A stretch of 64,000 bases of DNA from an uncultured Spirochaetaceae bacterium (GCA_964625715.1 CAZVEF010000001.1:52030-116029); one strand, 5' to 3'. Counted from the first letter of the stretch, positions 24,206 to 33,830 are shown. Numbers and translations: made by a program. Notes: a model not told the origin generated them from the letters alone.

Positions 24206-27200
24206 ATGCAATTCTCAGGTGCAGATATCATCGTCATCGCGATAGTTCTCATCGTGCTTTACGTCTATCGCCAGCTCGATCGGAACAATCGTTCGCTCGA
24301 GAAGGTGAAGAGGTACGCCGATCGAGTGCACGAGGAGCTCGACGCGCATGTCCGGGAGAAGGTCGTCACGATCAAGGACATGGGTATCGAGCTGGAGGTC
24401 CATCAGAAGGCGGCGAAGGAGGTGCTCAAACGGGTCCAGGCGATCGAGAGCGGCCTCGACAGTCGCGCCGAGGAGATTGAGCGTATCGGCGCGCGCATCG
24501 GCGAGTACGATGCGGCGCTCGACGAGCTCGTCGAGATGACCGGCCGGGCGCAGGAGAACATCAACCGTGTGCGCGACGAGTCGTCGTACGTCGACACGGT
24601 CGGCAGGCGCATCAAGCAGAGTCAGGAACGCCTGGACACCGTGGAGAAGGGACTCGACGCGATAACCGAGCGGTTCCGCACGGAAAACGACACGCGGCTG
24701 CGCGAGGTCGAGACGGAGGTGTTCCGTGAGGCGGGTGAGCGCGTCGAATCCATGCGGGGCGAGCTGGGCGGTCTGCAGGAGCGGGTGAATCAGTTCGGCG
24801 AGTACATTCGCGGCGCCGAGGAACGAGCGGAGGCGATGACCTCCCGTACGCGCGAAGAGCTCGAAGAAATCGCGGAAACGGTTGTCCACCGCGCCGAGGA
24901 AGCTTCCATCCAGGGCTCCGAGCAGCTCGGCGAGATTCGCGAGCAGCTCGAGGCGATGGAGAGCGACTACCAGAAACGCCTTCTCCAGCTCGCCGAACGC
25001 GGCGAGCAGATGGAGACCGAGGCGCTCGCCAAGCTGCGCGAGCGGATCGAGGACGCTTCACAGGAGGTCGCGCGCGAGCTCTCCTCGCGTCTCGACCACC
25101 AGAAGCGCGCGCTCGTCGAGCGTATCGACGCCGCCCTCGCGGAAGTGGATTCGGCAGAGAAGAAGCTCGCCCAGCGCGACCGTCAGCTCGAGGCCTCGCG
25201 CGGAGAGATCGATCGGCGCATCGAGAGCTTCGGCAGCGAGCTCAACGATCGGGTACAGCGGGCCGCCGACGAGCTGCACCGATCGATCCTCGGCGAGGTC
25301 GAGGAGCAGCTCGGAGAGTACGAGTCGCAGATCAGCTATCGCTTCGAGAAGCTCGGTGACGTGGGCCAGGAGGTCGAGGAGCTCGAAGGTCGGCTGCAGG
25401 ATGCGATGGACCGGGTCGTCAACCGCGTTCAGGGCGAGTTCACCGAGTTCACCGATCGTTTCCGCGAGAGCCGCGAGAAGGACCGCTCTGACGTCGAGGC
25501 GGAGATGAACGGCGTACGCGGTCAGATGGCCGAGCTCGAGAGCGGGCTGACCGACCTCAAAAACCGCGCCTACGAGAACGTGAACGAGAAGCTGCAGGTC
25601 TTCGAGGACGAGTTCTTCGCCGACCTCAAGGAACGCCAGGTCCAGATGGAGCAGCGACTCGTCGACTGGCAGGGCGGTTTCCAGCAGGAGCTCGACGAGG
25701 TCGCGGCGAGCGCCCGGGAGGAACGGGAGCGGATCGAGGCCGAATACACGAGTCAGGTCAAGGCGCAGCTCGAGCAGCTGCAGACGTCGACCTACGGTAC
25801 GTACGAGAAGATCCAGGAAGAGGCGATCGAGTTCCAGCGGGGGATCGAGCTGCGCGTGTCCGACTCGCGTGAGCTGATCGCTTCGCTCGAACGCGAGATC
25901 GAGGACGAGATCCAGCAGCTCGCCGCGGAGTCGAAGAGTGGTCTGCGGTCGCAGTTCGCGCAGCATCGCGAGCAGATGGCCGACGAGCTCGGCGAGCTCG
26001 AACGCAACGTGAAGCAGCAGATCGACGAGCTGGGCAAGCAGTTCGACCGGAAGCGCGGAGAGCTCGAGTCGGTCCTCGAGTCGGGTCGCGACGAGGCCTC
26101 CCAATGGAAGAACCAGGTCGACCGGCAGCTCGCGAGTACGACCGCGGAGGTGAACCAGCAGATCGCGGACTTCCGGGTCTCGGTGAACGAGACGATGTCC
26201 GAGCTTCGCGACGCCTTCTCGAGCGAGCGCGACGAGGCGCTCACCGACAACCAGGCCGAGCGCGAGCGGCTGCAGCGGCAGCTCGATGAGCTGGGCGAGC
26301 AGATGACGCGCGTGTCCGACGATATGCAGTCGAGGAGCCGAGAGATGCTCGCCGAGTTCGGGGAGCGCTACTCGCACCTCAAAGTGGACGCAGAGAAGCA
26401 GGTTCGCTCGATGGAGGGCGAGCTCGAGGCGCGTATCAAGGAGTTCCGCGGGGTCGTGCAGGACAGCCGTGACCAGTTCGCGGCAAATCAGGAGCGCCTG
26501 CTCGGGAGGTTGAACGAGGAGGCGAGCACGCTCGGCGCGAATCTGCAGGAGATTCAGCGCCAGCAGAAGAGCTTCGTCGAGCAGACGAAGGTCTTCGAGC
26601 GCGCCGACGCGCTGAAGGAGCAGCTCTCCGAGGAGATCTCGGATCTGCGTGGGGACCTCGAGCGGGTGGAGGCGCAGCGCAAGGAGCTGCGCGAGATGGA
26701 AGCCCAGTTCAACCGGATACGCAAGTCGGCCGACGAGGTCGGGGAGAAGATGAATCGCTTCGTGTCCGAGAAGCGTCGCATCGACTCGCTTGAGGAGGAT
26801 TACAAGAAGCTGCTCTCGATGAGCCAGGCGGTCGAGCTCAAGCTCGAGCACGTTACCGCGAGCAACGATGCGCTGCAGGCGATGCAGGCGCAGCTTCGCA
26901 ATCTCGAGCAACTCGAGAAGGACGTCGAGGGAAAGTTCCAGCGGCTTGAGAAGAAGCGCTCGATTCTCGACCTCACCACCGAGGGGGTGGACAAGAACTT
27001 CCAGGGCCTGCAGGAGATCGAGACGCGCCTGACCGACGTCAGGTCGCAGATCGACGTGGTCCCGGAGAAGATCGAGGAGCTTGCGACCCGGCTCAACCAG
27101 CTCGCGTCGAACAAGCGCGACGCGGACGCAGCGGTGAAGCAGCTCGCGCTGCTCGACCGCACCCTCGAAGACGTCGAGGAGCGGATGGAGAATCTCACGC

Positions 27201-27460
27201 AGGCGCGCGAGTGGCTCGCGCGGACCGAGACGAGGCTCGGAGAGGTGCAGCACGAGGCCGAAGAGCAGGTGAAGCTGCTCGGCGCGATCATGAAGCAGGA
27301 CGGCGGCGGCCAGAAGAACGCCGCCGGAGCGCCGCCGGTCACGACGCGCGACACGGTGATCAAGCTCGCTCGGCAGAGCTGGAACGTCGACGAGATCGCG
27401 CGCGCGACGAGCCTCTCACGCGGCGAGGTGGAGTTGATCCTCGAGCTCGCGGCGAAGTAG
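24206..27460 (+). CDS. Membrane-anchored giant coiled-coil protein (1084 aa) with HTH-like C-terminal tail
   Basis: Start moved to ATG 24206, with a G-rich RBS. The N-terminal TM segment is ADIIVIAIVLIVLYVY. About 1000 aa of heptad-like E/R/L/Q-rich sequence follow, then a G-rich linker. The tail is TTRDTVIKLARQSWNVDEIARATSLSRGEVELILELAAK. Confidence 0.9.
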   Translation: MQFSGADIIVIAIVLIVLYVYRQLDRNNRSLEKVKRYADRVHEELDAHVREKVVTIKDMGIELEVHQKAAKEVLKRVQAIESGLDSRAEEIERIGARIGEYDAALDELVEMTGRAQENINRVRDESSYVDTVGRRIKQSQERLDTVEKGLDAITERFRTENDTRLREVETEVFREAGERVESMRGELGGLQERVNQFGEYIRGAEERAEAMTSRTREELEEIAETVVHRAEEASIQGSEQLGEIREQLEAMESDYQKRLLQLAERGEQMETEALAKLRERIEDASQEVARELSSRLDHQKRALVERIDAALAEVDSAEKKLAQRDRQLEASRGEIDRRIESFGSELNDRVQRAADELHRSILGEVEEQLGEYESQISYRFEKLGDVGQEVEELEGRLQDAMDRVVNRVQGEFTEFTDRFRESREKDRSDVEAEMNGVRGQMAELESGLTDLKNRAYENVNEKLQVFEDEFFADLKERQVQMEQRLVDWQGGFQQELDEVAASAREERERIEAEYTSQVKAQLEQLQTSTYGTYEKIQEEAIEFQRGIELRVSDSRELIASLEREIEDEIQQLAAESKSGLRSQFAQHREQMADELGELERNVKQQIDELGKQFDRKRGELESVLESGRDEASQWKNQVDRQLASTTAEVNQQIADFRVSVNETMSELRDAFSSERDEALTDNQAERERLQRQLDELGEQMTRVSDDMQSRSREMLAEFGERYSHLKVDAEKQVRSMEGELEARIKEFRGVVQDSRDQFAANQERLLGRLNEEASTLGANLQEIQRQQKSFVEQTKVFERADALKEQLSEEISDLRGDLERVEAQRKELREMEAQFNRIRKSADEVGEKMNRFVSEKRRIDSLEEDYKKLLSMSQAVELKLEHVTASNDALQAMQAQLRNLEQLEKDVEGKFQRLEKKRSILDLTTEGVDKNFQGLQEIETRLTDVRSQIDVVPEKIEELATRLNQLASNKRDADAAVKQLALLDRTLEDVEERMENLTQAREWLARTETRLGEVQHEAEEQVKLLGAIMKQDGGGQKNAAGAPPVTTRDTVIKLARQSWNVDEIARATSLSRGEVELILELAAK

Positions 27461-27543
27461 GGCGGGAACGCGCCGCGGGCGGATTGCCGCAGCACCGGCA
27501 GATCGTGCGAAGGCGTTGGGTGTCGGCGTGTGGCGGTGTGTCA

Positions 27544-29370
27544 TCAGAACGAACCCCCGGGCATCGCGATGTCCAGCGTCAGGCCGAACGTCGGCGAGGC
27601 CTCGTCGGCGGTGAACAGCGCGGCCGGATCGGTGTACTCGTCGTCGGCGCCTCCGAGGGTGAACCGGCCGGAGACGCCGAGCGAGAACCGATCGAGAAAG
27701 CGATAGGTAATCGCCGGCGTCACGATCGCGGAGAGGTCGGTGAGGTTGACGAGCCCGAAGGCGGAAAGCGCGAGGTCGTCCAGGAAGAGGCTGGAGAGCG
27801 ACACCGTCGCGCCCGCGTAGTGTCGGCCCCAGTTGGCGAGGTCGCCGAACGCGAGATCGGGCGGGGGCTCGTATCCTTCGGGTTGATCGGCCTCGTTCTC
27901 GATCGCGAGCCCGTTCTCGCCCGGGTTGAGCAGAAGCCGCGCGGCGGCGGGCAGGAGCCCCTCGGTGTCTTCGTACCCTTCGCCGTTGAAGAAGTACTGC
28001 CCGATGAGCGCGAGGCTCGTGCCGCCGTCCCACTCCTTGAGGTAGCGCGCCCCGGCGGTCGCCTGGAAGAACGGCGCATCGTCGACGGTATACGTGTCGA
28101 GAATGAGTTCCGGACCGTCGTCCGGATTCTCGGTGGCCGCCGACTGATCGCGACTCGGTCTGACGAACACGCGGTCGGATCCCCAGAGCGCGACCCCCTC
28201 GCCGAAGAATTCGACCTCGCCCCAACTCGCGGTTCCCAGCAGAACAAGACGCGGCGCGAGCGCGCGCTGGTAGTAGGCGCCGATCGCAAGCTCCCCCGGG
28301 CCGACCGCGAACTCGACTCTCGGCGCGACGGCGACGTCGAGGATGTCGGCGCCGCTGTTCGTGATCGCGTACAGATAGGCGTTCCCGGTCAGACCGAAGG
28401 GGTACGTCATGCGCAGAGACACCGGACCCTCGCGGTCGGCGGTCGGATCCTCCGCGTCGACCGCGGTGAGGTTGAGCACGTCTGCCGGGCTGAAGAAGTA
28501 GCCCGTGCCCCACTTGATCGTGTGCTTGCCGAAGCGGAAGAAGAGCTGATCGCGCCAGACGTAGTCGGCGAACAGCTCGAAGACCGAGACGTCGAGGCCG
28601 GGGGCGGTGCCGGTAGTGGGCTCTTCGTCGGACTCGGTGTCGCCGGGTATTGTGAAGATGGGCTCACCGTCGATACCGTCGATGGAGATCTCGGTGTCGC
28701 CGTCCTCGTTCTCCTCGGCGGTCAGCCCGTCGGGTAGATCGTCGGTATCGAAGTCGTCGCCGGCGACGCCGAGATCCAGCCCCGTCAGGCCGCCGTCGTC
28801 GGTCGTGTCGATCTTGAGCTTCCCGAACGTACGGAACTCGCGCTCCGGGCGGGCGTCGAAGGTGAGGTCCGCGCCGACCGTGGGCGTGAACGAGTCGGAG
28901 GTGGGCTCGGTGAGCTCGAACTCCGACGTCCAGACATCGTCCCATTCCCAGTCGGCGGTGAGCGAGCCGCGGATCCGGCCGCCCCACCTGACGCCCTCGC
29001 TCTCGAGGAGCTCGTCCTGCGGGTTTTCGATCATCTGCGACTCGTCCGCCGTGTCGATCATGTCGTCGTCTTCGAACAGAGAGTCGAACTCGTCGTCGGC
29101 GAAGCCGTCCTCGCCGGAGCCGTCCTCGCCGGATGAGGCCTCCGATTCGGCATCCCCGCCGGCCTCGGAGCCGTCGTCGGTGTCCGCGCCCGGCTCCTCG
29201 TCGACGGCAAACGGATCTTCGAAGAACTCGTCGTCATCGGCCTGCGCCTCGTCCTCGGCCTCGGCGTCGCCCGAGGACCCCGCAGTGTCGGTGTCCTGCG
29301 CGACCAGAGGCGCCGCAGCGAGCGTGAACGCCGCGGCTACGAGCAGCCACCCGAGTGAGCGAGCCGTCAA
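27544..29370 (-). CDS. Secreted acidic-N-terminus outer-membrane barrel-like protein
   Basis: TTG start overlapping the stop of the upstream gene. The signal peptide is MTARSLGWLLVAAAFTLAAAPLVAQ. An extremely D/E-rich segment of about 100 aa is followed by alternating beta-type sequence. The protein ends ...LTLDIAMPGGSF with a terminal aromatic residue. Confidence 0.8.
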   Translation of the reverse strand: MTARSLGWLLVAAAFTLAAAPLVAQDTDTAGSSGDAEAEDEAQADDDEFFEDPFAVDEEPGADTDDGSEAGGDAESEASSGEDGSGEDGFADDEFDSLFEDDDMIDTADESQMIENPQDELLESEGVRWGGRIRGSLTADWEWDDVWTSEFELTEPTSDSFTPTVGADLTFDARPEREFRTFGKLKIDTTDDGGLTGLDLGVAGDDFDTDDLPDGLTAEENEDGDTEISIDGIDGEPIFTIPGDTESDEEPTTGTAPGLDVSVFELFADYVWRDQLFFRFGKHTIKWGTGYFFSPADVLNLTAVDAEDPTADREGPVSLRMTYPFGLTGNAYLYAITNSGADILDVAVAPRVEFAVGPGELAIGAYYQRALAPRLVLLGTASWGEVEFFGEGVALWGSDRVFVRPSRDQSAATENPDDGPELILDTYTVDDAPFFQATAGARYLKEWDGGTSLALIGQYFFNGEGYEDTEGLLPAAARLLLNPGENGLAIENEADQPEGYEPPPDLAFGDLANWGRHYAGATVSLSSLFLDDLALSAFGLVNLTDLSAIVTPAITYRFLDRFSLGVSGRFTLGGADDEYTDPAALFTADEASPTFGLTLDIAMPGGSF

Positions 29371-30116
29371 TTGTTCACCCGTTCCAGATACGCCTTGCTG
29401 AACACCGAATCAGGAATGGTTCGCGTGGTGGCGTCGCTCATCGTGAGCTGCGTGCGCTCGCCCTCGTTGAGCTCGTCGACGATGAGCACCTGCTTGGGCA
29501 ACAGCTTCTCGCCCACTCGTTCGTACCGCGGATAGCGGCTCGTGCGCATCAGGCGGCCGTTGACGCTGTAGTCCTCCTGCTTGAGCACGAGCGTCACATC
29601 CCTTCTGACCCAGAGCCTCAGCTTGTCGTAGGCGACGTCCGAATTGGTCGCCTCCAGGTCGAGAATCCACACGTCGAAGCTGCCCAGGGTCCCTTCCTCC
29701 CAGTCGACGACCTCGTAGTCCTCACTGAAGCTGTTCTGGTCGAGATCCGCGTTCTGCGCGTCCGAACCCTGGATGTTCTCGCGGATCGTTGTGCGCTCGA
29801 ACTTTCGGCTCTCCGGGTCGTAGAACCAGACGTTTTCATCGACCTGGAGATACCCCTGCCCGCGCTGTACCTCGGGTTGCAGGATGAGGATGAGGAACTG
29901 ATCGTTGACGTCGCGCCGGAAGAGACGCGCCTGCGTGACCTCGCGTTCCTCGCCCGGGGTCTCCGAGATGATCGTATAGACGGCGCTGAAGTCGCCATCG
30001 CCGAAGGTGGTTCGTTCGTCGAGCTCGGCGAGCAGCGCGTCGAAGTCGGGTGTCTGAGCGAATGCGATCCCGCCGAGCACGGCGAGTCCGAAAAGAAGTA
30101 CTATCAGGCGTTTCAT
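29367..30116 (-). CDS. LolA-like outer-membrane lipoprotein-sorting protein family
   Basis: Trimmed to ATG 30116, with GGAGG 5 nt upstream. The signal peptide is MKRLIVLLFGLAVLGGIAFAQ. The pattern ...FLILILQPEVQRGQGYLQVDENVWFYDPESRK... matches my memory of the LolA_like family. The gene is adjacent to FtsX-type ABC genes. Confidence 0.75.
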   Translation of the reverse strand: MKRLIVLLFGLAVLGGIAFAQTPDFDALLAELDERTTFGDGDFSAVYTIISETPGEEREVTQARLFRRDVNDQFLILILQPEVQRGQGYLQVDENVWFYDPESRKFERTTIRENIQGSDAQNADLDQNSFSEDYEVVDWEEGTLGSFDVWILDLEATNSDVAYDKLRLWVRRDVTLVLKQEDYSVNGRLMRTSRYPRYERVGEKLLPKQVLIVDELNEGERTQLTMSDATTRTIPDSVFSKAYLERVNN

Positions 30117-30148
30117 ATGCCCTCCTCGTGCATCCTCTCCATGCGAGC

Positions 30149-31480
30149 CTATACCGACCGAAGCGCGTCGACCGGTCTCATGCGGGCGGCCTTCCGGCTC
30201 GGGAAGAACGCCGCGAGGATCGTCAGCGACGCGACGACCCCGGTATTGAGCGCCACCTGCCACGGCAGTACCGTGAACGTGAAGTAGCCGTTCTTGAGCA
30301 GAATGAAGATGGGCGAGTCGAGCCCCAGGTAGATCTGCCCGAGGATCAGCATGATGACGCCGGCGACCGCGAGTCCGGCAAGAACGCCACCGAGCGCGAG
30401 GAAGAGCGCCTCGAGCAGGAAGCTTCCGAGTACGCGGTTCTGCTGCATGCCGAGCGCGCGCATCGTCCCGATCTCGCGAACGCGCTCGTACATGATCATG
30501 CGGAACGTGTTCGTGATGCCGACCATGATGATGACGAAGAGCACCACGAGGATCACGAGCGCCGCCTGGTTGAGCAGGTCGACGATCTGATCGACCTCGC
30601 TGAGAATGTCGTTCAGCGTATAGACGCGGTAGCGGGTTCCCTCCCACTCCTCGTCTTCGCTCTCCTCAAAGAGCTGGGCGACCGGGTTCTCTTCCTCGTC
30701 ACCCGCGTCGCTGCGCGGGAAGAGCTGGACGCGGTCTTCAAGCGCGGCGTAGTACTCGTCCACCGACGGTTCGATCCGGCTGAGGTTTTCGAGAAATATG
30801 CCGAGCGTCTGGTAGCTGCCCGGCGGCACGAGCAGGAGCTCGTTCACGTAGTCGAGGTCCGCGTAGGCCGACAGCGAGCCGAAGAGCCCCGGGTCGTAGC
30901 TGACCGCCGCGACCGAAAACTCGCCCACGTTCTGCTGACCGTCGAGCGTCTGGAGCCGCACAACCACCCGGTCGTCGATGCGCACGTTGAGCCGGTCTGC
31001 GATCTCCTCGGTGAGGATGATGCCGTTTCGCTCTCCGTCCCGGTTGCGACGGAGCATGTTCTCGAACGAGCCTTCGACGAGTACGAGCCGCTCGCGCAGA
31101 AACTCCTCCTGGTCCCAGTCGGCGCCGACAATGTTCTGCCGGATACTCTGGCCCTGAAAGAGGAGACCGCCGGTGAACTCGCTGCGTTTCGTGTAGGTGA
31201 CGACCGGCAGGTCGAGGCCCTCGAGCGTGCCGATGAGCTCCTCGTCGTCGCGGATCAGGCGGCGCTCGCGGCCGTCGGGAAGGCGCTCGCGGCCGGAGAC
31301 GAAGATGTGCCCGGCCAGAAGCTGCGAGAAGTTCTCGCTCACGTTCTCGACGAAGCTGCCCGCGAAACCGTTGATGAGCGTCACGATCGCGACGCCGAAG
31401 GCGATTGCCCCGCCGAGCAGGTAGGTTCTGCGCTTCTGCCGGTTGAGGTTGCGAAGCGCGATCATGATGGTCTTCTTCAT
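30149..31480 (-). CDS. FtsX-family (MacB/LolC-type) ABC transporter permease
   Basis: MKKTIMIALRNLNRQKRRTYLLGGAIAFGVAIV forms TM1. A large periplasmic domain is followed by three C-terminal TM helices containing REIGTMRALGM. Confidence 0.9.
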   Translation of the reverse strand: MKKTIMIALRNLNRQKRRTYLLGGAIAFGVAIVTLINGFAGSFVENVSENFSQLLAGHIFVSGRERLPDGRERRLIRDDEELIGTLEGLDLPVVTYTKRSEFTGGLLFQGQSIRQNIVGADWDQEEFLRERLVLVEGSFENMLRRNRDGERNGIILTEEIADRLNVRIDDRVVVRLQTLDGQQNVGEFSVAAVSYDPGLFGSLSAYADLDYVNELLLVPPGSYQTLGIFLENLSRIEPSVDEYYAALEDRVQLFPRSDAGDEEENPVAQLFEESEDEEWEGTRYRVYTLNDILSEVDQIVDLLNQAALVILVVLFVIIMVGITNTFRMIMYERVREIGTMRALGMQQNRVLGSFLLEALFLALGGVLAGLAVAGVIMLILGQIYLGLDSPIFILLKNGYFTFTVLPWQVALNTGVVASLTILAAFFPSRKAARMRPVDALRSV

Positions 31481-31485
31481 AGCCG

Positions 31486-33096
31486 CTACTCCGTCTGGAT
31501 GGCCTTGATCGGCTGGATCCGGAGCGCAACCGCGACCGGGTAGACGTGCGCGATCAGGCCGACGATCGACACTACGATGAGTCCCCCGAAAACGCTGATC
31601 GCCGAGGCAACCGGCTTCAGCTCGGGCCCGGCGAACAGGACCGTGAGAAAGGTGTTCGTCGCCGGGATCCCGACGAGGTGGAGGATGCCGATGACGGCAA
31701 GCGACAGCCCGATGCCGATCGTACCGAAGATGGTCGTGATCACGAGGATTTCATAGGCGAACATGCGCCAGACGAAGCTCTTCTGCGCTCCGAGCGCGCG
31801 CATCGTGCCTATCTCGCTTGTCCGCTCCATTACCGATATCACGAGCGTGTTCATCATGATGATCACCGCGACGACGCCGATCACGATGATCGCCACGTTG
31901 AACACGGTCCGGATGACGTCCGCGGTCGTCGCGAAGGGCCCCGCGGCGACTTCCCAGTTGCCGGCCTGGGCGTCGATGCCGGACGAGGCGAAAAACGCGT
32001 TCAAGTCGGCGATCGTCTCGCCGATGCGTCGCGGCGTGTTCACCCGGGCGAGGATGTAGTGCCACGTCGACGACGCGAGGCGCGGGTCGTCGACGCTGGA
32101 CGCCGCGTCCGGGGTTGCGTCTTCTTGCTCCGGCGGCGGCTCCGCGGCGGAGGGCTGCGACCGATCTCCGAGCGCGTCGAGGTCGAAGAAGTCCTCGTCG
32201 CTCTCCGCGGAATCGTCGTCGCCTTCGGCCGCGCCGAGCGAATCCTCGCCGAAGACGTCGTCGTCGTTGAACAGATCGTCTTCCGAGCCCCGGTCGAGCA
32301 ACTCGGTCTGTGACTCGTCGAGCTCGAGCTGCGCGCTCGAGCCGAGGTTGAGCCTGAGCATCGCGCGCAGCGTTTGGGGGTCCACGTAGCTCACGAGCTC
32401 AAACCCGACGCCCTCGCTGATACCGGTCATCTCGTAGATACCGACGATCGGGACGACGCGAATGCTCGGCAGGCCGTCGCTCGTGAGCCCGACGATCCGG
32501 ATCTCGTCGCCCACGGAGATCGGGTACGAATCGGCCTCGATCTCCTGCTTCTCGAGCGCCTCGAGGACATTCTCCTCGAGCTCTGCGACGCGGTCGGTGC
32601 TGAGCATCAGACCCCGCTCGCCTGGTTCGAGGTAGCGTCCCTCGACGATGCGAACGTTGTCGAAGGTCTCCTGGTAGGTCCGCGGTTCGGCGCCGAAGAG
32701 CACGGTCAACACGCTGTTGTCGGAGCCGTCGAGGCGCTCGTCTTCCGGGCGCAGCAGTCCGAAACCGGTGATCTGGGTTGTCCACAGCTCCACATGCGGG
32801 TGCTCGTCTACGAATGAGGCGATTTCCGGATAGTCGGGCAGCACGGGGGTCGGGTCGATACCTCCCACCGACTGCACGCCGAAGAGGCTGATCGGCCCAT
32901 CGGCGGTGCCCGAGATCATCACGTCCCCGGTGTAGTTGTCCACGAAGGCGCGCGAGATCCCGTCGCGCGCGGTGTCCATGAGCGAGTTACCCACGACGAG
33001 CACGACCACGCCCACCGCGACGAGAATGCCCAGGATGAGCGTCTTGCCCTTGTGCTCGACGAGATTGCGTAGCGCGATGCGCAGCAGGACGGGCAT
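31486..33096 (-). CDS. FtsX-family ABC transporter permease with acidic insert in the periplasmic domain
   Basis: The N-terminus reads LRIALRNLVEHKGKTLILGILVAVGVVVLV. The FtsX C-terminal region contains SEIGTMRALGAQK. The periplasmic domain carries an acidic insert: EDDLFNDDDVFGEDSLGAAEGDDDSAESDEDFFDLDAL. Confidence 0.9.
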   Translation of the reverse strand: MPVLLRIALRNLVEHKGKTLILGILVAVGVVVLVVGNSLMDTARDGISRAFVDNYTGDVMISGTADGPISLFGVQSVGGIDPTPVLPDYPEIASFVDEHPHVELWTTQITGFGLLRPEDERLDGSDNSVLTVLFGAEPRTYQETFDNVRIVEGRYLEPGERGLMLSTDRVAELEENVLEALEKQEIEADSYPISVGDEIRIVGLTSDGLPSIRVVPIVGIYEMTGISEGVGFELVSYVDPQTLRAMLRLNLGSSAQLELDESQTELLDRGSEDDLFNDDDVFGEDSLGAAEGDDDSAESDEDFFDLDALGDRSQPSAAEPPPEQEDATPDAASSVDDPRLASSTWHYILARVNTPRRIGETIADLNAFFASSGIDAQAGNWEVAAGPFATTADVIRTVFNVAIIVIGVVAVIIMMNTLVISVMERTSEIGTMRALGAQKSFVWRMFAYEILVITTIFGTIGIGLSLAVIGILHLVGIPATNTFLTVLFAGPELKPVASAISVFGGLIVVSIVGLIAHVYPVAVALRIQPIKAIQTE

Positions 33097-33830
33097 CAGG
33101 CGCGGCCTCCGTCTCCGGCCGGCTCTACGTCCCGGGAGACCGCGGTCCGCCGGTCCTCGATCACCACACCGTCCTGCAGACGGATCACGTGGTCGGCGAT
33201 GTCGACGATCGTGGCGTCGTGAGTGCTGAAGATGAACGTCGTGTCGAGATCACGGTTTGTCTTCTTCATGAGCTCGATGATGGCGCTTCCGGTCTTCGAG
33301 TCGAGATTCGCCGTGGGTTCGTCGGCGAGCACGACCTGCGGCTTGGTCACGAGCGCGCGCGCGATGGCTACGCGCTGTCGCTGCCCGCCGGAGAGCTCGT
33401 TCGGTCGGTGGGTACGCCAGTCGGTGAGGCCGACCTCCTCGATGAGAAAGTCGACGTACTCGGCCCGTTCGGCCTTCGGCGCGGTGTTCTTCCCGAGCAG
33501 GAGCGGAAACTCGACGTTCTCGTAGACGTTGAGGACCGGGATCAGGTTGAAGCTCTGAAAGATGAACCCGATGAAGCGATGGCGCAGGCTCGTGATCTCG
33601 CGGTCGGAAAGCCCGCCGGTCGGCTGGCCGTCGATGAGAACCGTGCCTTCGGTCGGCGTGTCGACGCAGCCGATCATGTTGAGAATCGTCGATTTGCCCG
33701 AGCCCGACGGTCCGGCGATCGATATGAAGTCACCGCGCTCGATCTCGAAGGTGACGCCGTTGACGGCTCTCACCTCGGTCTGACCGAGCGGATAGACCTT
33801 GTGGACGTTCTGGAGTGCTACTATGCTCAT
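33096..33830 (-). CDS. ABC transporter ATP-binding protein (LolD/MacB-type)
   Basis: Walker A GPSGSGKST, Q-loop, signature LSGGQRQRVAIARAL and Walker B VVLADEPT. The gene overlaps the downstream permease start by 1 nt. Confidence 0.95.
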   Translation of the reverse strand: MSIVALQNVHKVYPLGQTEVRAVNGVTFEIERGDFISIAGPSGSGKSTILNMIGCVDTPTEGTVLIDGQPTGGLSDREITSLRHRFIGFIFQSFNLIPVLNVYENVEFPLLLGKNTAPKAERAEYVDFLIEEVGLTDWRTHRPNELSGGQRQRVAIARALVTKPQVVLADEPTANLDSKTGSAIIELMKKTNRDLDTTFIFSTHDATIVDIADHVIRLQDGVVIEDRRTAVSRDVEPAGDGGRA

